This document shows, in pieces, positions 52,940 to 64,000 of a stretch of 64,000 nt of DNA. A program made the position numbers and the translations under genes. Source of the stretch: Paraspadella gotoi (Eukaryota; Animalia; Chaetognatha); assembly GCA_051294375.1 (NCBI GenBank), contig CM119269.1, forward strand, positions 5,104,686 through 5,168,685, read 5' to 3'. The notes beneath the pieces are model-generated. The model had not been told where the DNA came from, did not search any database, and was given only the letters and a program-made list of their open reading frames with translations. Position 1 is the first letter of the stretch. Each line of letters opens with the position of its first letter.

Positions 52940-54299
52940 AAGAGAGAGAGAGCGTTGGTTTTTCGTGTGGATATTGGAAAAGAATTACAAGTTATGAGGA
53001 GTCCCTTAAATAATCAGTGTTTTAAGTCAAAATTGTTGAAGCTCAGTCGATATGCAAATATTAATTAGATTTTTTAGTCATTGCGGAGATTTTGAGTGAG
53101 AGAGGAAATGAGTAGAGAGAGAAAAAAAGGAGGAAGTAAGGAAGGATTTAAATGAGAGAGCAGTCGAGGGAGAAAATGAAAGAGAGAAAAGAGGGGAGAG
53201 AAAGGATAGAAAAAGGGAAACGAGAAAAGAGGAAAATAAAAAAGAAAAAGTTTAAGTATATAATTATATGATACAAAATCAACGAAGTATCATTAGGAAG
53301 TGCGTTGTAAATAGAGCGTAACACAATATGATTTAATGAAGAGAGATTGAGCTCGGAAGCGGTGGTAAGTAAGGCGTAGTGAAGTTTACATACGAAAATT
53401 CTAAAGTCAATTATTGAACAACATACACATCGTGAACTTAATTTCGTAAAAAAAAATAATTTTATGTTTTTTAATTTTCGCATAGGGCCATATTTATATA
53501 TAGTACTATCCTTATAAAATCTGAAAAAATTTCCAAAATAGGCTTTTCTCTAATTTTTGTATCTGCAGATTTAAATTCCTAGTCAAAAGTTGATAAAAGA
53601 AATATATATCATTTTTCAATTCTTTCATTAAGTGGTTAAAAATTAATAAAACTATATTTAATATATAAAAAGTTAATTTTCAGCTAAAATATAGCTTTTT
53701 TTCTAAATTTTTTGACCCATAAATGAAGGGAAATTTTTAAAAGAGTTATTTCTTTTTATCAACTTTTATAACGAATCCAAATCTGCAAAAAATCTTAGAA
53801 AAAACTGTTTTTGAAATTTTAACATTTATTGTTTAGTACTAGTATTAATATGCCCTACTTGCGTAAATTGAAAATTTATTATAATGTTTTATTACATAAA
53901 TGTTCATTAGTAAATGTTGTTCGTTCCTCACTTTTTAGAATTTTAAATTAAAGTTAAATTGAGAAATTTTTACTAACGCCTTAGTGAGTAGAGCAAGAAA
54001 ATCGAGGAATCAGGTGAAACGTCATAGTAGATACTAGACCGTCGTGAGAAAAAGAAACGCGAGGCAAAGTCTCTAATGGAGATTAGGCCTTCACCCACTC
54101 CGAGGCGAAGGTTATGTTATTCGGGTTTACCAACGACGACAGCGACGAACGACTACGACGACGACGACGAAACAACGGCAAACTTGTTAAAAAATTGCGT
54201 CTGTCAGCTAAAACCCATCGGGCCGAGAGAGTAGAAATAGTTGGGATGAAGTGGGGGGGGGAGAGAGAGAGAGAGAGAGAGAAGAGAGAGAGAGAACGA

Positions 54300-54354
<55 letters not shown>

Positions 54355-54360
54355 TGAAAG
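52465..54360 (+). repeat. Segment B (~1.9 kb), copy 1
   Basis: Starts cacacgagagagatgaagattcgagatactg. Direct copies lie at 54666-56125, 56151-57110 and 60692-62506; inverted partial copies at 54386-54665 and 59909-60690. Confidence 0.93.
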
Positions 54361-54385
54361 NNNNNNNNNNNNNNNNNNNNNNNNN

Positions 54386-54665
54386 GCCCGATGGGGTTTT
54401 AGCTGACGACGGCAATTTTTTAACAAGTTGCCGCTTGTTTCGTCGTCGTCGTCGTAGTCGTCGTCGCTGTCGTCGTTATGGAAACTACGAATACATAACC
54501 TTCGCTCGGAGTGGGTGAAAGGCCTATATCTCCATTAGAGACTTTGCCTCGCGTTGTCTTTTTCTCACGACGGTCTCAGTTCTTGACATGATTCACCTTG
54601 ATTCCTCGATTGTTCTTGCCTCTACTCACTAAGGCGTAGTAAAATTTCTCAATTTAACTTTAATT
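54386..54665 (-). repeat. Inverted partial copy of segment B
   Basis: Reverse complement of ~53946-54222 (gcccgatggggttttagctgac...aaatttctcaatttaacttt). Confidence 0.9.
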
Positions 54666-54804
54666 CACACGAGAGAGATGAAGATTCGAGATACTGATTT
54701 AATTGTTCATGATAAATTGATGTTGTGATGTATTGCGCCATCATCACTGATCAACGTCACTAAATCTAATATGGTGAAAACCTTGATTGGCAACGACGCA
54801 GAGA

Positions 54805-54856
<52 letters not shown>

Positions 54857-55099
54857 GGAGAGAGAGGACAGAGACAGAGAAAGATAGAGTCCGTTAATTT
54901 CACTTCAAAGCTCCAAGGATGAAGAAAAAAAGAAAGAAAATCAGTGAGGCTTGAAAACCACTTAAATCTGTAGGAAAAAAAGAAGGTGAAAGGAAAAGAA
55001 GAGTCCCGACATAAGGGAGACGAAAACCAAGAAATGAGACAGTTTGGAAATAGGAAAAAGAAGGGACAGACAGACTGCGGAGAGGAGAGAGAAGAGAAG

Positions 55100-55137
<38 letters not shown>

Positions 55138-57027
55138 CGTTTGGTTTCTGTGGATATTGGAAAAGAATTACAGTTATGAGGAGTCCCTTTAAAGTAATCA
55201 GTGCTTTTAAGTCAAAATTGTGAAGCTCAGTCGATATGCAAATATTAATAGATTTTTAGTCATTGCGGAGATTTTGAGTGAGAGAGGAAATGAGAGAGAG
55301 AGAAAAAAAGGGAGAAGTAAGGAGAGGATTAAATGAGAGAGAGGTCGAGGGAGAAAATGAAAGAGAGAAAAAAGAGGGGAGAGAAAGATAGAAAAAGGAA
55401 ACGAGAAAAGAGGAAAATAAAAAAGAAAAGTTTATAGTATATAATTAATATGATACAAAATCAACGAAGTATCATAGGAAGTGGTTGATAATAGAGCGTA
55501 ACACAATATGATTTAATGAAGAGAGATTGAGCTCGGCAAGGGTGAGTAGTAAGGCGTAGTGAAAGTTACATACGAAAATTCTAAAAGTCAATTATGAACA
55601 ACATACCATCAGTGAACATTAATTTGTAAAAAAAAAAATAATTTTATGTTTTTTAATTTTCGCATAGGCCATATTTATATATAGTACTATCCTTATAAAA
55701 TCGAAAAAATTTCAAAATAGGCTTTTCTCTAATTTTGATTGCAGATTTAAATTCCTGTCAAAAGTTGATAAAAGAAAATATATATCATTTTTCAAATTCT
55801 TTCATTAAGTGGGTTAAAAATTTAAAACTATATTTAATATATAAAAAGTTAATTTTCAGCTTAAAATATAGGCTTTTTTTCAAATTTTTGACCCACTAAA
55901 TGAAGGAATTTTTAAAAGAGTTATATTCTTTTTATCAACTTTTATAACGAATCCAAATCTGCAAAAAAATCTTAGAAAAAACTGTTTTGAAATTTTAACA
56001 TTTATTGGTTTAGTACTAGTATAATATGCGCCTACTGCGTAAATTGGAAAATTTATTATAAATTGTTTTATTACATAAATGTTCATTAGTATAATGTTGT
56101 TCGTTCCTCACTTTTAAGAATTTTANNNNNNNNNNNNNNNNNNNNNNNNNTCAAAAGTCAATTATGAACAACATACCATCATGAACATTTAATTTTGTTA
56201 AAAAAAAAAATAATTTTTATGTTTTTTTAAATTTCGCATAGGCCATATTTATAATAGTATACTATCCTTATAAAATCGAAAAAATTTCAAAATAGGCTTT
56301 TTCTTAATTTTGATTGCAGATTTAAATTCCTCGTCAAAAGTTGATAAAAGAAAATATATATCATTTTTACAAATTCTTTCATTAAGTGGGTTAAAATTTA
56401 AAAACTATATTTAATATATAAAAAGTTAATTTTCAGCTTTAAAATATAGGCTTTTTTCTAATTTTTGACCCACTAAATGAAGGAATTTTTCAAAAAGAGT
56501 TATATTTTCTTTTTATCACTTTTATAACGAATCCAAATCTGCAAAAAAATCTTAGAAAAAACTGTTTTGAAATTTTAACATTTATTGGTTAGTTACTAGT
56601 ATAAATATGCCTACTGCGTAAATTGGAAATTTATTATAAATTGTTTTATTACATAAATGTTCATTAGTATAATGTTGTTCGTTCCTCACTTTTAGAATTT
56701 TAATTAAAGTTAAATTGAGAAATTTTACTAACGCCTTAGTGAGTAGAGGCAAGAACAATCGAGGAATCAAGGTGAATCATGTAAGAACTGAGACCGTCGT
56801 GAGAAAAAGACAACGCGAGGCAAAGTCTCTAATGGAGATATAGGCCTTTCACCCACTCCGAGCGAAGGTTATGTATTTTCGTAGTTTCCATAACGACGAC
56901 AGCGACGACGACTACGACGACGACGACGAAACAAGGGCAACTTGTTAAAAAATTGCGTCGTCAGCTAAAACCCCATCGGGCGAGAGAAAGTAGAAATAGG
57001 GGATGAAGTGGGGGAGGGAGAGAGAGA

Positions 57028-57110
<83 letters not shown>
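54666..57110 (+). repeat. Segment B copies 2 and 3, overlapping across a 25-N gap
   Basis: 54666-56125 restarts B. After the gap (56126-56150), 56151 resumes about 540 bp earlier in B (aaaagtcaattatgaacaac) and runs to the B end. Confidence 0.92.
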
Positions 57111-57113
<3 letters not shown>

Positions 57114-57341
57114 AGAAAAGAGATTGATGTGCAAAGAGAGAGTGCGAGAACATGAACGAAGATCTCGGGAAAAAGAGGAGATGAAGAGAGAAAGGATGAT
57201 CAAAGAAGCGAAAGGAGAGACGAAGAGACACTGATGAATAGGGAAAGGATAAGAAGCGAAAGAGAAGGAAAAAGAGAGCGAAAGACCACTGACGAATAGA
57301 AAGGATAAGAGAAGCAAAGAGAAAAAGAGAGGAAGAGACAG

Positions 57342-57387
<46 letters not shown>

Positions 57388-57406
57388 ATAGATAGCATAG
57401 ATAGAG

Positions 57407-57492
<86 letters not shown>

Positions 57493-57747
57493 GATAGATA
57501 GAGAGAGAGAGAAAGAGAGAGAGAGATAGAGAGAAGAGAGAGAGATAGAGAGATAGAGAGAGAGCAGAGAGAAGAGGCTATTTTTTCGACTTACTTTCCT
57601 CCCTCCCCTTTCCTGTTACCCGTTGGCGACGGATAGACGGCGCGCTTTTTAGTATTTTTTGTCATTTATTATTTAGCACTTTGGAGTTTTTTGTTTACAT
57701 GCCTCTCTTCCTCTTTTCTCGCGCCTGAAGCGAAAAAGAATATCTTT

Positions 57748-57833
<86 letters not shown>

Positions 57834-58979
57834 GCAGAGCGTGATAATGTCTTCCTTTTTTATGACATACGCCTTCCTTTTTCTCGCATAACATTACCGT
57901 GAAGTTGTATTATTTGTTGTTAAATCCAATTTTGTTTTCAAGCTGAAATATTTTTTATCTGATTTTGTTTTAAGAAAAATACATAGGCAGAGAGATAGAA
58001 ACTAAAGAATTTTTCAAAAATATATTTGAGGTAGAAAATGAATTATTGTTTGACGTACAACGGAATTTTATTTAAGAAACATTAAATTCGGACATGTTTC
58101 GGCTTTCAATGTAAGTCTTTCATCATCGCAACAAACAGAAATATATTATAGAGGATTAACTTCCCAAGTAAAAGACTTTTTCTAAGAAATCTTCTTAGTT
58201 TGGAAGTTGGTTTCTGAGATGAGAATTTACGCTGTGAGATTTTAATTCATCGAGATTTTCATTTGCGATTTTGTTTGATGTTTGAACTGCCTTTTTAAAT
58301 TTATAAGCCAAAAAAAAACATAAAAACAAAAACAAAACCACTATTCGAGAAGCATAAAAGAGTATCAAAAATATAATAATTACTTAACAGCAAATTTTCG
58401 AAGAAAAGCAGCTATCTCAATGGGAATCGACTTTCTAAACTGGAGCGAAAGGAGCGCCGCTCCATTCGTTGGTGGAACCCCAAGCCGCGGGGAGCCATAT
58501 CGAAATTCCATAGCAACGAGGCGAGCGAGGCGGCGTGGCAGGCGGCGGCGGCAGCGGCGAGCGGCGGCCAGGCAGCGGCGGCGGCAGCGGCGAAGGCGGC
58601 GGCGCAGTGCGAGACGGCGGCTCGGGCGGCGCCGCTGCACCCGTTGCAAGGACGACGGTTAGAGAAATATAAAAGAAAAGAACCTCATTAACGAATTTTT
58701 CGTTTCTTAAATTTTTTTTTGGGACTGAATTTCAAAAAAAAGATGTTAAATCCCGGAAAAAAAAATATTTAGGCTTCGCTACGGAAAAAAAAATGGAGGA
58801 GGGGGGAAGGTCTATCGAAAATATTTTTCTGTTTTTCTTGATATCGATAATATTAGGTCGTCAAAACGTGAAGAAATATTCGAAGGGGGTTGTGTTGTGT
58901 TGTGTGTTTGATGTCACTGCTTGTAGTTTAAGTTTTTTTTATTTTAAGTGTTTTTATTCTCTTATGATTTTATTAACTC

Positions 58980-59067
<88 letters not shown>

Positions 59068-59811
59068 TTTCTTCAAAGCTCCAAACGAAAACAAAAGAAG
59101 ACGAAGGGAGTAATTCCGATATGTTTGCACAGTTTTTTAAATTTTCTTTCATTATGGTCGAGATTCTCACTTCTGTGCAATAAAAAAAATATTTATAAAA
59201 ATAATAGTACATCTTTCTTTCCAAAAGAAATATTCAATGAAGTGATGTTCTACTTTTTAAATTTTTTTTTAAGTTTTCGCTTTTTTAGACTTTTAATCTT
59301 TCTCGAATTAAATCATTTTTTATAATACAAAGCGATTCAAAAGTTAAGTTTCAAATAGCATTCTATAATCCTTCATTTTTAACTTTTATCCGTCTCTCTT
59401 TTCTTCTTTCTTATTTCCTTCGTTCCTCCTTTATCCTCTTTATCTCTTTTTTCCATCGTCGCGGAATAAAAAAAAGGAGAAATTGGCAGCGACAAAAAAA
59501 AAGGAGAAAGGAAAAAAAAATGTGAAAATAGAGACGGAGAAAAAAGTACAAATGAAAAAAAAAGGGGAAAAAAATAAAAGGAAATGAGAAAACTTGAAAG
59601 GAGTCGAGACTCTCGTGCAAAGAAAAAAGAGAGGTTAAGGTCTCAAAAAAAAAAGAAGAAAGAAACTGATTTTCAGCTTTGGAGAAATTGAAAAAAAAGA
59701 GGATAGCAGAGAAAAGAAAAAGGAAAGGAAAAAGATAGAAAAGATAGAAAAATAGAATTCAACAGCAAAACTAAAAAACAAAAAAACGAAAAGTGAAAAG
59801 GAAAGGAAAGG
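57111..59811 (-). repeat. Inverted copy of segment A, including (GATA)n
   Basis: Reverse complement of 49770-52464. The (GATA)n/(GA)n at 57340-57560 corresponds to the gapped region 52000-52245. Confidence 0.93.
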
Positions 59812-59908
59812 AAGAAAGAAGAAAGATAGAAGAGACTATTGGAGTGTTCAATCCTGTAACAATGAATGATCATAACTCGAATATAACAACCTATAAAAAA
59901 GATCTCTC

Positions 59909-60690
<782 letters not shown>

Positions 60691-60691
60691 T

Positions 60692-63165
60692 GGCAGAGAA
60701 AAAAAAAAAGAGAAAAAAAGAGAAGAGAGAGAGAGAGAGGATGAGAGAGCAGAGAGAGAGAGAGAGAGAGATCGAGAGAAGAGAGAGAACAGAGACCAGA
60801 GAAAGATAGAGTTCCGTTAATTTCACTTCAAAGCTCCAAGGATGAATGAAAAAAAGAAAGAAAATCAGTGAGGCTGAAAACCACTTAATCTGTAGGAAAA
60901 AAAGGAAAAGGTGAGGAAAAGAGAGTCCCACATAAAGGGAGACCGAAAACCAAGAGAATTGAACATTTTGGAAATAGGAAAAAACGAAGGGACAGACAGG
61001 ACTGCAAGGAGAGAGAAGAGAGAAGAGAGAGAGAGAGGAGAGGAGATGAGAGAGAGGAGAGAGAGAGAGAGCGTTGAGCGTTTTTTCGTGATATTGGAAA
61101 AGAATTACAGTTATGAGGGTTCCCTTTAAATAATCAGTGCTTTTAAGTCAAAATTGTGAAGCTCATCGATATGCAAATATTAATAGATTTTTAGTCATGC
61201 GGGAGATTTTGAGTGAGAGAGGGAAATGAGTGGAGAGAAGAAAAAAAGGAGAGAAGTAAGGAGAGGATTAATGAGAGAGAGGTCGAGGGAGAAAATGAAA
61301 GAGAGAAAACAGAGGGGAGAGAAAGGATAGAAAAAGGAACGAGAAAGAGAGGAAAATTAAAAAAGAAAAGTTATAGTATATAATATTTAATATGATACAA
61401 AATCAACGAGTATCATAGGAGTGCGTTGAAATAGGAGCGTAACACAAATGATTTAATGAAGAGGAATTGAGCTCGGCAAGCGGTGAGTAGTAAGGCCGTA
61501 GTGAAAGTTACATACGGAAAATTCTCAAAAGTCAATTATTGAACAACATTTACTCATCGATGAACATTAATTTTGTTAAAAAAAAAATAATTTTTATGTT
61601 TTTTTAATATTTCGCATCTAGGCCATATTTATATATAGTATACGTATTCCTTATAAAATCTCGAAAAATTTCAAAAATAGGCTTTTCTTAATTTTTTGAT
61701 TGGCAGATTTAAATTCCTCGTCAAAAGTTGATAAAAGAAAATATTATCATTTTTACCAATTCTTCATTAAGTGGGCTTAAAAATTAAAAACTATATTTAA
61801 TATGAATAAAAAGTTAAATTTTCAGCTTTAAAATATAGGCTTTTTCTCTAATTTTTGACCCAGTAAATGAAGGAATTTTTCAAAAGCAGTTATATTTTCT
61901 TTTTATCACTTTTATAACGAATCCAAATCTGCAAAAAAAATCTTAGAAAAAACTGTTTTTGAAATTTTAACATTTATTGTTAGTACTAGTATAATATGCC
62001 CTACTGCGTAAATGGAAATTTATTATAAATGTTTTTATTAACATTAAAATGTTCATTAGTATAATGTTGTTCGTTCCTCACTTCTTTAGATTTTAATTAA
62101 AGTTAAATTGAGAAATTTTACTAACGCCTTAGTGAGTAGCAGCAAGAACAATCGAGGGAATCAGGCTGACGCATATGACTAGACCGTCGTTGAGAAAAAG
62201 ACAACGCGAGGCAAAGTCTCTAATGGAGTATAGGCCTTTCACCCACTCCGAGCGAAGGTTATGTTATTCGTAGTTTCCATAACGACGACAGCGACGACCG
62301 ACTACGACGACGACGACGAAACAATGGGCAACTTGTTAAAAAATTGCGTCTGTCGCTAAAAACCCATCGGGCGAGAGAAGTAAAATAGTTGGATGAAGTG
62401 GGGGGACGGAGAGAGAGAGCAGAGAGAGAGAGAGAGCAGACGAGAGAGAGAAAGAAGAGAGAGAGAGAAGAATGAAGAAGAGAGAGATGCAGAGAGAGCA
62501 GAGAGATGAAGAAGAGAGATTTGATGTGCAAGAGAGAGTGCAGATGAACATGGAACCGAAGATCTCGGGAAAAAGAGGAGATGAGAGAGCAAAGGATGAT
62601 CAAAGAGTCGAAAGGAGAGACGAAGAGACACTGCATGAATAGGAAAGATAAGAGCGAAAGAAGAAAAAGAGAGAGAAAGACCACTGACGAATAGAAAGGA
62701 TAAGCAAGCAAAAAGAGAAAAAGAGAGCGAAGAGACACTAGATATAGATAGATAGATAGATAGATAGATAGTTAGAATAGATAGATAGTAGAAGAGAGAA
62801 GATAGATAGATAGATAGATAGATAGATTAGATAATAGAGAGAGAGAGTAGTGGATAATTAGATAGCATAGATAGATAGATAGATTAGATAAGAGTAGAAG
62901 AAGGAAGAGAAGAAGAGAGAGAGAGAGATAGAGAGAAGAGGTAGAGAGATAGACGGAGGATAGAGAGAGAGCAGAGAGAGTAGAGGCTTTTTTTCGACAC
63001 TCTTACTTTCCTCCCTTCCCCTTTCCTGTTACCCTGTTGGCGACGGATAGACGCGCGCTTTTTAGTATTTTTTGTCATTATTATTTAGCACTTTGGAGTT
63101 TTTTGTCTTACATGGCCTCTTCTTCCTCTTTTCTTCGCCGCCTTGAAAGCGAAAAAGAAATATTC

Positions 63166-63248
<83 letters not shown>

Positions 63249-64000
63249 CGAGAGAGAGAGCGCAGATAGATAATGTCTTCCTTTTTTCATGACATACCCC
63301 TTCTATTTTCTCGAATAACTTTACGTGAGAGTTGTATTATCTGTTGTAAACTACCAATTTGTTTCAAGCTGACAAATTTCTTTTGGTATCGTTGATTTTG
63401 TTTTTAAGAAAAATACATAGGCGAGAGATAGAACTAAAGAATTTTTTTCAAAATATGATTTGAGGTAGAAAATGAATTATTGTTTGCACGCTTACAACGG
63501 AATTTTTTTAAGAAACATTACAATTCGGACATGTTTCGGCTTTCAATGTCAAGTCTTTCATCATCGCTAACAAACAGAATACTATATTATAGAGGATTAA
63601 CTACCACAGTAAAAGATTTTTTCTAAGAAATCTTCTTAGTTGGAAGTTGTGGTTTCTAAGAGATGAGAATTACGCTTGTGAGATTTTAATTTCACTCGAG
63701 ATTTTCATTGCATGTTGGATTGTTGTGATGTTTTTATCGTCTCCGTAAATTATACAGCTCAATAAAACTAAACATAAAAACAAATAACAAACACTCTACG
63801 TTTATCTCCCCCGTATAAGCTACAAAGAGCTCCCATCAATATAATCTAATTAATTTACTGTAAGTCAGCCTTATCTATTTTTCGCAAGGAAATAGCAGAT
63901 TATTTTTCTCATAACTGGAGTTACATCGACTTTTCTAAACGTTGGAGCGAAAGGGAGCGGCCGCTCCATTCGTTGGTGGAACCCCAAAGCCGCTGGCAGG
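60692..64000 (+). repeat. Noisy segment B copy 4 followed by inverted segment A (truncated by window end)
   Basis: Same B-then-inverted-A order as 56151-59811, with more indels. Confidence 0.9.

Overview
This is non-coding eukaryotic DNA from a draft assembly, not prokaryotic sequence. It is dominated by (CT/GA)n, (GAC/GTC)n, (GCC)n, (ATT)n and (GATA)n microsatellites, pyrimidine/purine tracts, several minisatellites (10, 21, 22, 41, 45, 47-48 and ~85 bp units) and nine N gaps. The repeat spectrum and LINE remnants suggest an arthropod, possibly a crustacean (inference only). I cannot support any intact protein-coding gene, RNA gene or CRISPR array; the supplied ORFs are almost all translations of low-complexity DNA. 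Mobile-element remains are a 661-bp TGTC...GACA solo-LTR-like element (20913-21573) with two truncated relatives, plus several decayed LINE fragments recognised by eye from remembered motifs, not from a search. Much of 24.8-43.4 kb and 52.5-64 kb consists of insertion-rich direct and inverted copies of neighbouring sequence, in several cases abutting gaps of exactly 25 N. That is best explained as unpolished long-read gap filling, not real duplication. I did not find a new biological system that the sequence supports. The most interesting candidates are the LTR-like element and its ~190-bp module, the repeat architectures and a few weak regulatory motifs. Repeat boundaries are approximate.
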